Assembly: GCA_963701965.1 (NCBI GenBank)
Contig: OY969695.1
Location: forward strand, 384,001-448,000
DNA from: an uncultured Gemmatimonadales bacterium
Lineage (GTDB): Bacteria > Gemmatimonadota > Gemmatimonadetes > Gemmatimonadales > Gemmatimonadaceae
DNA length: 64,000 nt
Direction of reading: 5' to 3'
Positions 34,364-44,134 of the stretch are shown here, in pieces (positions within the stretch are counted from its first letter, which is position 1; each line of letters begins with the position of its first letter). The position numbers were made by a program, and so were the translations under genes. The notes beneath the pieces are model-generated. The model had not been told where the DNA came from. It searched no databases and saw only the letters and a list, made by a program, of their open reading frames with translations.

Positions 34364-34570
34364 CTACGTGCCGCGCTCATCCCGCTGCTGTTCGTCCGCC
34401 AGCCGGATGGTGAGGCCCGCCGGTTTGTTGTACCGCCGCAAGAATGCCCGGAATTTGACCGCGGCCATCCGGGCGTCGTCCTCGGCGCCGGTGATGATCA
34501 CTCGGGCTTCGTATGTCACACGATGCGGCGGCGTCGGCGCAATCTCGATATGCGGCAAAGTCATGCCCAC
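34364..34570 (-). CDS. Small hypothetical protein (~66-68 aa)
   Basis: Fills the gap between pyrR and the XRE gene; plausible beta-alpha-beta composition; no recognised family. Confidence 0.4.
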   Translation of the reverse strand: MGMTLPHIEIAPTPPHRVTYEARVIITGAEDDARMAAVKFRAFLRRYNKPAGLTIRLADEQQRDERGT

Positions 34571-34764
34571 GGTTGAGCTCGGGTCGAGGGTTGAGGAGAC
34601 AGAATCCCTCTACGGACCCGCTGATGGGCATCGACCCTACATCTGGTCACGTCCGCCCGCGGTGTCACTTACCGGAGACCACGACACCCGGATGCCGAGC
34701 GCCCGTGTGTCACTCACCCGTGAGCCATCAGCCCGTGGCCGCTTCCGATGTCGAACGTTAGAAA

Positions 34765-35016
34765 GTGAGCGTGCCCCGCCACCAACCCGCCGACCAGAAA
34801 GTCCTCGCCACCGTGCTCATCGCGATGCGCAAAGCCCGTGGCTTGTCCCAGGAACGCTTCGCCGCGGTCTCCAGCGTCGACCGGGCTTACGTCGGCGGCA
34901 TCGAACGGGGCCAGCGGCGGCCGTCGTTTCTGGTGCTCGAGAAGCTGCTGACGGGTCTCGATCATACGTGGACGGAGTTCGGCCAGGCGCTGGATCGGGA
35001 AGCACGCCGTCGGTAA
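34765..35016 (+). CDS. XRE-family helix-turn-helix regulator
   Basis: RKARGLSQERFA...DRAYVGGIERGQRRPS...LEKL, a Cro/C1-type HTH. Confidence 0.88.
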   Translation: MSVPRHQPADQKVLATVLIAMRKARGLSQERFAAVSSVDRAYVGGIERGQRRPSFLVLEKLLTGLDHTWTEFGQALDREARRR

Positions 35017-35025
35017 CCTTCGGTC

Positions 35026-36004
35026 TTGTCCACCATATCGACGTTGGCGATGCTGCTGTTCGCGGCATCGACCGCCGCCGGGCAACCGGCGGCGTCAGCG
35101 CTTCTGGACACCGTTCGGGCCAACCTCCGGGCCCCCGTGACGATGGACCGCCTCAAGGCCGCCGAGCACGCCCGGGCCACGTTGGACGGTCTTCCGGACA
35201 CGTTCGTCGCTCAGAAGGTCGAAGCGCACGCCGCGCTCGGCGCCCTGTTCCGGGATGTCGACTACGACGACGGCATCGCGTTCCACGCCAACGCCGTCAT
35301 CGCGCTGGCCCCCCGCCTCGACTCGGCGGACCGCATCCGCCTGGCGCACTCGCTCATATACGCCTTTCGCAACCTCGCCGAGGTGGTCGCCGGCCATGGC
35401 GACACGCCGACGGCGCTCGAGCTTCTGCGCCACGCCCCCGCCGGTCTCCCCGGGGTGCCCGGCGTCGTCGATGGCCTCTCCGAGGAGGTCGCGCGTTATC
35501 GCATGGTCGGCCACGCCGCTCCGCCGATCTCCGCGTCGAATTGGTTCAACGCGCCTGCCGGAACGACGCGCCTCGATCCCGGCGCGGGCGGGCCGGTCAC
35601 GGTCATCGAGCTCACGGCCTGGTGGTGCGCGGCCTGCACGCGGAGCTATCCCGCCCTTCTGGCCCTGCAAAAGAAGTACGGCGCGGACAAGGTGCATCTC
35701 GGTGCTGGCCACGAATCTCATGGGACAGTTCCGCGCCGACACGGGTCTCACCCCGTCCGCCGAGTTGGCCGAGCTTCGCACGTACTTCACCCAGGAGCAC
35801 ACGCTGGCCTGCCCCATCGCCGTGGCCGACAATCCGGGCGACGGCCTCGATCCGATCGCCCAGGCGTACCACGTCTACGCCATCCCCGAGACCCTGATCG
35901 TCGACCGCCATGGCCTGGTGCAGCGCATCCTCCTCGGCTGGGACGACGGCAACGACAAGCGCGTCGACGACGCGGTCGGCGCGGCGCTGGGCGCTACGCC
36001 CTGA
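35026..36004 (+). CDS. Exported TlpA-like thiol-disulfide redoxin with helical N-terminal domain; apparent +1 frameshift near 35701
   Basis: Signal-like N-terminus; VGHAAPPI..NWFN, VTVIELTAWWCAAC..YPAL..LQKKY; next frame gives YHVYAIPETLIVDRHGLV..GW. Start TTG 35026 or ATG 35050. Confidence 0.8.
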
Positions 36005-37067
36005 CCGTCCCGTATTGCTCGTCCAGCAACCCGGCCAGCGCCGACGCTACCGCGCTGACCGCGATCGAATCGACCGACGTGTCGTCGTCCGCGAACACCG
36101 CGCGTGAGGGCACGCGATACGGCGTCCACATCCACTTGTTGGGCGTGTGCCACGACACCGTCGGCCGCCCGAATGCCGCCGCCACGTGGATGACGCCCGT
36201 ATCGGGCGTCAACACCGCGTCCGCGGTCGCCACCCGGGCGATCACCTCGCGCAGGGATCCCGTGCACCAGCTCACTCCCGCGGCTTCCGCGATCCGCTCC
36301 AGTCGCGGCACCTGGTCGGGGAGCCCCGTGACGAGCACCCGCAAATCGCCGCGCGCGGCCTGCACCTGGCGGATCACATCGACGAGACGCTCATCGCGCC
36401 ACTCGTTCCGCGGATCGGCCGCGGAAATGTTCACGAACAGGCGGAGGCCCGCGCCCAGCGCGGACCATCGCCCATCCGCGGCCAGACGCTCTTCCGGCGA
36501 GATCGCCAGTTGCGGCCGGCAATCGGCGCCATCCCCGCCGAAAGGCGCCGCCAACTCCGCGCACTGCTCGGCGTGGTGCCGTGACTGGTCGCGGTCGACC
36601 GGCACGTTGTACAGGTAGTGGTTGCGCGTGCTCCGAAAGCCGATCCGGAATTTGGCCCCGGCGGCGAGCAGGAACAGGACCAATGCGGTCGGCGTGGCGT
36701 CCCGGATCGACATGCAATCGACCACGACATCGTAGCGTTGCTTGCGGATGTGCGCGAGGAGCGCGAGCGACGGCCATCGGCGCGTCCCGGTACAATCGAA
36801 CGCGATGACCTGGCGCACATACGGCATCCCGTCGAGCACGGGCGCAACGGACGCGCGCACCAGCACGTCGACTTGGGTCCCCGGACGCGACGCGGCGATC
36901 TGCCGGATGAGACCGGTGGTCAGGACCAGATCCCCGATGACCTGGTAGCGTATGACCAGCACCCGGTGCGGTCCCGGCGGAATGCTGGCGACGGCACGCG
37001 GGCCGCCCAGCAGACGCGCCGCCCCACGCTGCACACGATCGCGTGCCCAGCGTTCGAGCCGGCGCAT
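35994..37067 (-). CDS. Glycosyltransferase family 9 (heptosyltransferase-like)
   Basis: VLVIRYQVIGDLVLTT, RIGF, LREVIARVATADAVLTPDTGVIHVAAAFGRPTV, WTP. Confidence 0.88.
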   Translation of the reverse strand: MRRLERWARDRVQRGAARLLGGPRAVASIPPGPHRVLVIRYQVIGDLVLTTGLIRQIAASRPGTQVDVLVRASVAPVLDGMPYVRQVIAFDCTGTRRWPSLALLAHIRKQRYDVVVDCMSIRDATPTALVLFLLAAGAKFRIGFRSTRNHYLYNVPVDRDQSRHHAEQCAELAAPFGGDGADCRPQLAISPEERLAADGRWSALGAGLRLFVNISAADPRNEWRDERLVDVIRQVQAARGDLRVLVTGLPDQVPRLERIAEAAGVSWCTGSLREVIARVATADAVLTPDTGVIHVAAAFGRPTVSWHTPNKWMWTPYRVPSRAVFADDDTSVDSIAVSAVASALAGLLDEQYGTVRA

Positions 37068-37567
37068 CAACCCGACGGGCAGTGGTCGGCGATTTCCACG
37101 CGCGCGATCGCGCCGCCCACGACGGCGAGGCGCACGCATTGGCTTTTGTGGAGTGGCGTCCCCGTCGCCTGGGTCGCGTGAAATCCCGACGACTGGTTCG
37201 GACGGATGATGAAGGTGTAGTGCGACGCGTCCGGCGCTTGAACGGTGAAGTGCTCGGGCGTATGGCGCGCGGCATCGGCGACCGTATAGTCCGTGATCAT
37301 GCCCTCGACGGTCTGGTTGCTGCCGCTCTGCAGCGCGGAGCGCAGCTCCCTCCGGGAGGCTGGTTCATACGTCGCGGCGATGACCGCGCCCCCCGCACCG
37401 AGCAGGATGCACGCCCGGACCGCCCAGTGCCGCAGGGGCCCGTGTTGGGCGCGCATGGCGCGCCGCCAGAGGAGGAGCGCCACGGCGCAAAAGGCGAACG
37501 CGAGCCCGAGCTTCCAGGGCGGATTCGCGCCGCCGAGATCGTACACCGTATGGTAGGAAATCGGCAT
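37067..37567 (-). CDS. Hypothetical membrane protein (2 TM + beta-rich domain)
   Basis: YHTVYD, two TM helices, TVEGMITDY...EHFTV; stop overlaps the GT9 start. Confidence 0.6.
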   Translation of the reverse strand: MPISYHTVYDLGGANPPWKLGLAFAFCAVALLLWRRAMRAQHGPLRHWAVRACILLGAGGAVIAATYEPASRRELRSALQSGSNQTVEGMITDYTVADAARHTPEHFTVQAPDASHYTFIIRPNQSSGFHATQATGTPLHKSQCVRLAVVGGAIARVEIADHCPSG

Positions 37568-37664
37568 CGACAACCGTGAAATGTGTTCCCCGCGCTGGCC
37601 CCTCGCTAGCGTCGGCAGGCGTTGGCCGTTATCGTGGGGAGCCCTCATACCCCGGGATGCCGTC

Positions 37665-39680
37665 ATGCTCGCGCTGCTTCTCGCTTTTCAGCAGGTCGCC
37701 GACACGTCGCACGCGGGCTTGCCACCCAGCCCGGTGGCGACGATCGCCGTCACGCCCGCGCACGCTGTCATCACCGTCGGCGATTCCCTGCGCCTGACGG
37801 CGACGCCGCAAGACGCCGCCGGTCACGCCGTGCCCGGCGCGCGCGTGCGCTTCTTCAAGTCGTTTGGATTCGAGGGTGGCGTCGACACGACCGGCATGGT
37901 GCACGCGGGGTCGCCCGGGCACTTCCATGTGTTCATGGTCGCGACCGTCCCTGGCACCCGGCCCGGGAAACCGGTCGACTTCCTCGCCGAGTTCGCTCCC
38001 GCGCCGCCCAAGCGTATCGAGGTGACTCCGGCGGTGCAGCGGTTGATGGTCGGCCAACGTCTCGCCTTGCAAGCGGCCGCGTACTCGGCGTTCGGCGATC
38101 GGGAGTCGGGCGCGATCGCCTGGCGGTCGAGCGACCCGTCCGTGGTCCGCGTGGCCAACGATGGCCGCCTCGCGGCGCTCGCGATCGGCTACGCGACGAT
38201 CACCGCCACCGCCGGACCGGCGTCCCAAACCCTCGACGTCACGGTCCGCCCGAACACCGTCCGTTCCGTCGAGGTCACGGGGCCCACCGGACCGGTGCGG
38301 ACCGGCGACGTGATCCACCTGCGCGCCGTCGCCCGCGATGCCTCGGGCCACGCCGTCGCGGACGTGACGCCCGAGTGGATGGTCGCGCCCGGTCAGGGCG
38401 TGATCGATCCGGACGGCAGCTTCGTGCCCTACGAAGCCGGCGTGTACACCGTGAGCGCGAGTGTCGGCGCGGCCACCGGCGAGACCGGCGTGGTCGTCCA
38501 GCATCGCGCCGTGCGGCGGGCCACGACGACGCTCGGGCGCATTCCGCTCGCCAAGGTGGGCACGACCGAGTTCTGGCCCCATCCCAACGGGAAAAACGCC
38601 TATCTGGCGACGCTCGCGGACCGCGTCTACGCACTGGATATCAGCGATCCGGCGCACCCGCGGATCACCGACTCCGTCGTCGTCGACGCGCGGATCGTCA
38701 ACGACGTGATGAGCACCGCCGATGGCAAGTACGCGGTCTTGACGCGCGAGGGCGCGTCGAGCCGCCGGAACGGGATCGTCGTGCTCTCGCTGGCGGACCC
38801 GGCGCACCCCAAGGCCATTGCCGACTATACCGAGACCGTGACCGGCGGCGTGCACTCGACCTATGTCTACGAGCAGCCCAAGTACGGGACGTTCGTGTTT
38901 CTGACCGACGATGCGACCGGGTCGATGCGGGTCATCGATCTCAACGATCCGATGCATCCCAAGGAAGTGGCCCGCTGGCAGACCTCGCGCGGCGCCGGGC
39001 GGATGCTGCACGACATCGACATCACCGATGGTCTGGCCTACTTGTCGTACTGGAACGACGGGCTGGTCATCCTCAATGTCGGCAACGGCATCAAGGGCGG
39101 CTCGCCAACGCATCCGCAGTTCGTGAGCCAGTTCACGTACGACCTCAACGACCTGTATCGCAGCGTCGAGGCCGAGGGCGGCCCGGGATACATCCGGGGC
39201 ACACATACGGCCTGGCGGCAGCGGAACGGGAAGTACGTCTTCGTGGGCGACGAGGTGTTCTCCTTCAAGCCGATCGGCATTGGCATGCCGGGCGACGAGC
39301 TCGGGAAAGCCAACGGCCGCATTCACGTGATCGACGTCAGCGACATCCTGCATCCGCGCGAGGTCGCGTACTATGAGCCGCCTGACGGCGGCTCGCACAA
39401 CGTGTGGGTCGCGGGCGACACGCTCTACATGGGCGACTATCAGGGCGGTTTGCGGGTCGTCGACGTCTCCGGGGAGCTGAGAGGCGACCTGTTGGCCGAG
39501 GACCGCGAGATCGCGCACGTCCACACGGGCGACGCCCAGGGGTTTGTCCCCAACGCCGCCATGGCCTGGGGCGCGTTCTACCTGAATGGCAACGTCGTCG
39601 TCAACGACATCTTCTCAGGACTCTGGATCGTGCGCGTCGATCCCAAGCCCGACAGCAAGCCCGCCGCGGCTATTCAGTAG
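37665..39680 (+). CDS. Exported protein with Ig-like (Big_2) domains and an LVIVD-repeat beta-propeller
   Basis: WRSSDPSVVRV..G...A...G.ATITATAG Big_2 pattern; repeats ALDISDPAHP, VLSLADPAHP, VIDLNDPMHP, VIDVSDILHP, VVDVS. Confidence 0.8.
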   Translation: MLALLLAFQQVADTSHAGLPPSPVATIAVTPAHAVITVGDSLRLTATPQDAAGHAVPGARVRFFKSFGFEGGVDTTGMVHAGSPGHFHVFMVATVPGTRPGKPVDFLAEFAPAPPKRIEVTPAVQRLMVGQRLALQAAAYSAFGDRESGAIAWRSSDPSVVRVANDGRLAALAIGYATITATAGPASQTLDVTVRPNTVRSVEVTGPTGPVRTGDVIHLRAVARDASGHAVADVTPEWMVAPGQGVIDPDGSFVPYEAGVYTVSASVGAATGETGVVVQHRAVRRATTTLGRIPLAKVGTTEFWPHPNGKNAYLATLADRVYALDISDPAHPRITDSVVVDARIVNDVMSTADGKYAVLTREGASSRRNGIVVLSLADPAHPKAIADYTETVTGGVHSTYVYEQPKYGTFVFLTDDATGSMRVIDLNDPMHPKEVARWQTSRGAGRMLHDIDITDGLAYLSYWNDGLVILNVGNGIKGGSPTHPQFVSQFTYDLNDLYRSVEAEGGPGYIRGTHTAWRQRNGKYVFVGDEVFSFKPIGIGMPGDELGKANGRIHVIDVSDILHPREVAYYEPPDGGSHNVWVAGDTLYMGDYQGGLRVVDVSGELRGDLLAEDREIAHVHTGDAQGFVPNAAMAWGAFYLNGNVVVNDIFSGLWIVRVDPKPDSKPAAAIQ

Positions 39681-39686
39681 ATCGCC

Positions 39687-40802
39687 ATGCGCTGGACGTC
39701 GATCATGATGGCACTGGCGACTCTCGTCGCGCCGCCCGCCGGCCCGACGGCGTCGCGACCGTACACCATCTACGTCGCCAGCGAGTCCGGCGACATCGTG
39801 ACGCGCATCGTCGTCGGCGCCGATGGGTGGCACAAGGTGCGCGAGATTCCCGTGGGCCTGAGCCCGGGCGACGTGGCGGGACCGCACAACGTCGCCGTGT
39901 CGCCGGACGGACGGTTCTGGTACGTGTCGATCGCACACGGACAGCCCTTCGGCTCCGTGTGGAAGTTCACGACCGGGAGCGACTCGCTCGTCGGGCGCGC
40001 GCCCGTCGGCATGTTCCCGACGACGGTGGGTTTGTCGCCGGACGGCGACTGGGCGTTCGTGCCGAACTCCGATTTTCATGGCGACCGCGGGCACCTGAAC
40101 ACGGTGTCCGTGATCTACACGCCGGACATGACATCGCTGGCCGAAGTGCCCACGTGCGACATGCCGCACGGATCGCGCGTGAGTCACCATGGGGCCACGG
40201 CGTACATCGCCTGCATGATGTCCGACGAGCTGGTCGCGATCGACGCGTCGACGTTCGGGATCAGCGGGCGCGCGCAGGTGGGGAGCGGCAAGCCGATGTC
40301 GATGACCATGGCCATGGAAGACGCGCCGCCGGGCGCGGCGTCGAGTACGATGCCGGGTCAAAACCCCGACTGTCTGACGACGTATGTGTCGGTCGCGCTC
40401 GACGATTCGACGGTCTACGTGGCCTGCAATCACGGCAATTCGCTGCAGATCCGGGACGCGCGGACGCTGGGCTTGATCAAGACGGTGCCGACCGGCGCCG
40501 GAGCCTACAACGTGGAGCCCTCCCCCGACGGCCGCTACGTCGTGGTCACGAACAAGAAGGCGCAGAGCGCCAGCATCTTCGATGCGAAGACGTTCGCCGA
40601 GTTGGCACGGGTCCCCACCAGCAAGAAAGTGCCACACGGCATCGCGTTTTCTCCGGACGGCCGCTACGCGTTCATCTCGTGCGAGTCAGTCGGCTCCGAT
40701 CCGGGCGCCGTCGACGCCATCGACTTGACCGCGCGGACCCTCGTCGGGTCGTTCGCGGTCCCCCGGCAGCCCACCGGCATTGCCGTCTGGAGCGGGTCGT
40801 AG
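39687..40802 (+). CDS. Exported YncE/YVTN-family beta-propeller protein
   Basis: Signal peptide; repeated blades PHNVAVSPDGR, PTTVGLSPDG, AYNVEPSPDGRYVVVTN, PHGIAFSPDGRYAFISCE. Confidence 0.82.
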   Translation: MRWTSIMMALATLVAPPAGPTASRPYTIYVASESGDIVTRIVVGADGWHKVREIPVGLSPGDVAGPHNVAVSPDGRFWYVSIAHGQPFGSVWKFTTGSDSLVGRAPVGMFPTTVGLSPDGDWAFVPNSDFHGDRGHLNTVSVIYTPDMTSLAEVPTCDMPHGSRVSHHGATAYIACMMSDELVAIDASTFGISGRAQVGSGKPMSMTMAMEDAPPGAASSTMPGQNPDCLTTYVSVALDDSTVYVACNHGNSLQIRDARTLGLIKTVPTGAGAYNVEPSPDGRYVVVTNKKAQSASIFDAKTFAELARVPTSKKVPHGIAFSPDGRYAFISCESVGSDPGAVDAIDLTARTLVGSFAVPRQPTGIAVWSGS

Positions 40803-41636
40803 CGTCCAACGCACCGTGGCGACCAGCGCGACGAGCGCGACGATGACGAAGATGCTGCCTTCAGGACCTACACTTCCGCCGCTCATCCAGGACGCTCCCG
40901 CGGGATGCGACGTCAGGAGATGGCCGACCGAGGTGGTGCCGCTGTCTGAAGTGCCATAGAAGTACGACTCCGCCCAATCCCACGCGCCGTGGGCACCAAT
41001 GGCCCACCACAGGGATGATGCGCGCCACAGGCTATAACAGAATACGAGGCCCCCGAGCACGGCGCCGACGGCACCGAATGCCTCCTCGCCGCTATTGCCC
41101 AGGTGGAGCGCACCGAAGACCGTCGACAAAAGCACGGCGGCAGGCCAGAAGCCGATACCGCGAGCCAGGGTCTGTTGCACGTAGCCGCGAAAGAGCAGCT
41201 CCTCGACCATACCGATCAGGAGACAGGCGAACGCCCACTCGGCACCAAACCGCAGCGCGTTCGCGCGCGTCAACGCCACGCCGTCGAAGACAATGTGGCC
41301 GGTGACCGCCAAGAGTCCGATGAGAAGCGACAGGATGGCAAACCCGGCGACCGCTCCAACAATGAGACGTCGCCACCAGTACGTATCCCGCAGACCGTAC
41401 GACCAGACGCTCCGTTTCTCCAGCAGTGCCATGAGCGCGGTGGCGATGAGAATCGGGACAAGAAGGGCTGTCTCGCCGGTGATCACCGACACAGGCGACG
41501 ACCCCGCAGACTCTGCGGCCCGCGGCAACAGACCCGAGAGCAGGCGCTGGAGCACGTACACCAGAGCCGCGAACACGCCGCCGAACAGGATAGTCCGACC
41601 AAAGGCGAATAGCGCCTTGCGACCTCGATTGATCAT
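40686..41636 (-). CDS. CPBP-family (CAAX protease-like) intramembrane metalloprotease
   Basis: EELLFRGY, FGALH, WAIGAHGAWDW; multiple TMs; ATG 41636. Confidence 0.88.
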   Translation of the reverse strand: MINRGRKALFAFGRTILFGGVFAALVYVLQRLLSGLLPRAAESAGSSPVSVITGETALLVPILIATALMALLEKRSVWSYGLRDTYWWRRLIVGAVAGFAILSLLIGLLAVTGHIVFDGVALTRANALRFGAEWAFACLLIGMVEELLFRGYVQQTLARGIGFWPAAVLLSTVFGALHLGNSGEEAFGAVGAVLGGLVFCYSLWRASSLWWAIGAHGAWDWAESYFYGTSDSGTTSVGHLLTSHPAGASWMSGGSVGPEGSIFVIVALVALVATVRWTLRPAPDGNAGGLPGDRERPDEGPRGQVDGVDGARIGAD

Positions 41637-41700
41637 ACTGGACAGTACGTCTCGCTGACGAAGAATGTTTCGCGGTACGGGTGGTGGTAGGATGCGATCG

Positions 41701-42729
41701 ATGCGTATACACGCACGACGATCGGCCCTCGTCGGTTTCACGTTCTCGCTCGCCGCGAGCGCGTCGGCCCAGCAAAGCCTCACGGTGCGGATCACGGCGG
41801 CGGATGATAGCCAGCCGTTGCCGTACAGCACCGTCACCATCAACCCGCCCGGACAGTCGCGATTCACCAGCGTCGACGGCCGCATCATGTTTGGTGCGCT
41901 GGCTACCGGCACGTATCGACTGAGCGCCCGGGAGATCGGGTTCGCGCCGGCGGACACGACCATCGATCTGGCGGACGGCGTGCCCCCGAGTGTGACGCTC
42001 GCGCTGCGCCGGGTCCCGATCACGTTGGCGCGCATTGTCGTACATGGAGAGCGGTCAAAGGATTGCCTGGCGACCGGTATTCCCGACTCGGCGGCCGATC
42101 CGGATATCGCGGCGGTGTTTCGGGAGCTCCGCCTCAACGTCGATCGCGTGCGGCTCCTGACCCGCGAGTATCCGCTGCAGTACCGGTTGGAACGGCGGAT
42201 GGTGCGCCGGCGGGCCGGCGACCGGGACTCGATCATCCGCCACGACACCGTGCAGTTCAGCGATTCCCACGAGCGCTACCGGCCGGGCAACGTCGTGTAC
42301 TTCGACTTGGACCAGGGCCGGCGGACGCAGTTCGTGCGTCTGATCAGCTTCGCCGATCTCGCCGACTCGGTATTTCAGAGCACCCACTGCTTCGATTTCG
42401 ACGGACAGGAGACCGTTGACGGCGTGCCATCGATCAAGATCGTGTTTCGCGCGGCGCGCGACGTGCGGACGCCGGACGTCGAGGGCACGATCTATCTCGA
42501 CGCGAACCGGTACGTGGTGCGCCGCGCCGACTTTCATTTGTCCCACCCGGAGCGCGCCAAACCACCCATCGGCGGGATGGAAGTGACGACGACATTCCGG
42601 GAGGTCGCGCCCCTGATCACCATCTTCGAGACGGTCGAAGCAACGCAGCCGGCCGGGCAAGAACGGGCGATCGAGACCGACCGGCTCGTGTCGTTCGCGT
42701 ACGTGGCCCGCGCCCCGGGACAGCAGTAG
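41701..42729 (+). CDS. Exported protein with carboxypeptidase-regulatory-like domain
   Basis: Signal ASASA-QQ; QPLPYSTV...FTSVDGR...GTYRLSAREIGFAP..TI; C-terminal beta domain (DVEGTIYLD). Confidence 0.7.
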   Translation: MRIHARRSALVGFTFSLAASASAQQSLTVRITAADDSQPLPYSTVTINPPGQSRFTSVDGRIMFGALATGTYRLSAREIGFAPADTTIDLADGVPPSVTLALRRVPITLARIVVHGERSKDCLATGIPDSAADPDIAAVFRELRLNVDRVRLLTREYPLQYRLERRMVRRRAGDRDSIIRHDTVQFSDSHERYRPGNVVYFDLDQGRRTQFVRLISFADLADSVFQSTHCFDFDGQETVDGVPSIKIVFRAARDVRTPDVEGTIYLDANRYVVRRADFHLSHPERAKPPIGGMEVTTTFREVAPLITIFETVEATQPAGQERAIETDRLVSFAYVARAPGQQ

Positions 42730-42777
42730 GCGCCACACCCTGGCGGAGGTCCCTCCGCACGTACATTCTCCGGACCA

Positions 42778-44124
42778 ATGTCACGGTTCCGGTTGCCGCA
42801 ACCGCTCACGCTTCTCGTGGGCTGTACGTTCCTGGCGGCGGTCCTGACTCATGTCCTGCCGGCGGGCCGCTACGACCGGCGCGATGACCCCGTGACCGGT
42901 CGATCCGTCGTCGTCGCGGGGACCTACCACACCATCGCGGCCAAACCCCTGGGGCCTTTCGCGGCCGTGGTCGCGATCCCCGGGGGCATCATCGACGCCG
43001 CTTCGGTCATCGCGTTCGTGTTCCTCGTCGGCGGGGCCTTCGGCGTTGTCGACAAGACCGGGGCCCTCAAGAGCGGCATCGAGTGGCTGGTGCAGCGCCT
43101 CGGCCGCCGGGGGTTCCTGGCCGTGCCGATCGTCTGTCTCGCGTTCGCCACCGGCGGCGCGCTCGAGAATCTGCAGGAAGAGATCATCGCGCTCGTGCCG
43201 GCCCTCCTGCTATTGACGGAAAGCCTCGGATTGGATCCCATGACGGCCGTGGCCATGAGCGTGGGTTCGGCGGCCGTGGGCAGCGCGTTCAGTCCGATCA
43301 ACCCGTTCCAAGTCGGGATCGCCCAGAAGGTCGTGCACCTGCCGCAGCTCTCGGGGGCGGGATACCGCATGGTGTTCTTGGGGGTGGCTCTGGCCATCTG
43401 GATCGGCGGGACGATGCGCTACGCCCATCGCACGCGGCGTCCGGTCGCGGCGACGATCAGACCGCCGCAGGATCCGCGCGCCCGGGCCCGCGCCGGGGCC
43501 GTGATCGGCCTCGTGCTCCTGACGTTCGCGATCTTCGTGTACGGGGTGGCCCAGCTCCAGTGGGATTTCGACCAGGAAGCCGCGCTCTTCTTCATCATGG
43601 GCATCGCCGCCGGCCTGATCGGCGGCCTGGGGCTCCGTGGAACGGCGGACGCGTTCATCGACGGATTCCGCTCGATGGCCTACGCCGCGCTCCTCATCGG
43701 CTTCGCGCGGGCGATCTACGTGGCCATGGACCGCGGTCTCATCATCGACACCGTGGTGCATGGCTTGGCGGCGCCCTTGGCCGGACTGCCGGTCGCCGCC
43801 GCGGGCATCGCGATGATGGGCGTGCAGGCGGTGATTCATGTCCCGGTGCCCAGCGTCAGCGGGCAGGCCGTCTTGACGCTGCCGGTCTTCGCGCCGGTGG
43901 GCGACTTGATCCACCTGTCGCGGCAGACCGTGGTGCTGGCCTATCAATACGGCGCCGGCTTGTGCGAGCTGATCACACCGACGAACGGCGCCCTCATGGC
44001 GGTCCTGGCCGCGGCCGGCGTCCCCTACGATCAGTGGATGCGGGCCGCGATCAGGCTTGTCCTCGTCCTGGCGACGGTCGGCGCGCTGGCTATCGTCGCC
44101 GCCGTCGCCATCGGACTGCGTTAG
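42778..44124 (+). CDS. YfcC/DcuC-like (ion transporter superfamily) membrane transporter
   Basis: LPAGRYDR, FLVGGAFGVV..TGA, SPINPFQVGIAQ...SG..YR, PSVSGQAVLTLP, LAYQYGAG...PTNG. Confidence 0.82.
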   Translation: MSRFRLPQPLTLLVGCTFLAAVLTHVLPAGRYDRRDDPVTGRSVVVAGTYHTIAAKPLGPFAAVVAIPGGIIDAASVIAFVFLVGGAFGVVDKTGALKSGIEWLVQRLGRRGFLAVPIVCLAFATGGALENLQEEIIALVPALLLLTESLGLDPMTAVAMSVGSAAVGSAFSPINPFQVGIAQKVVHLPQLSGAGYRMVFLGVALAIWIGGTMRYAHRTRRPVAATIRPPQDPRARARAGAVIGLVLLTFAIFVYGVAQLQWDFDQEAALFFIMGIAAGLIGGLGLRGTADAFIDGFRSMAYAALLIGFARAIYVAMDRGLIIDTVVHGLAAPLAGLPVAAAGIAMMGVQAVIHVPVPSVSGQAVLTLPVFAPVGDLIHLSRQTVVLAYQYGAGLCELITPTNGALMAVLAAAGVPYDQWMRAAIRLVLVLATVGALAIVAAVAIGLR

Positions 44125-44134
44125 GCGGTACCCG

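Noticed and set aside
35026..36618. 530-aa ORF as a single protein
   Set aside because: After about 35700 it leaves the thioredoxin-fold frame and runs antisense through GT9; the true end is 36004 in the shifted frame.
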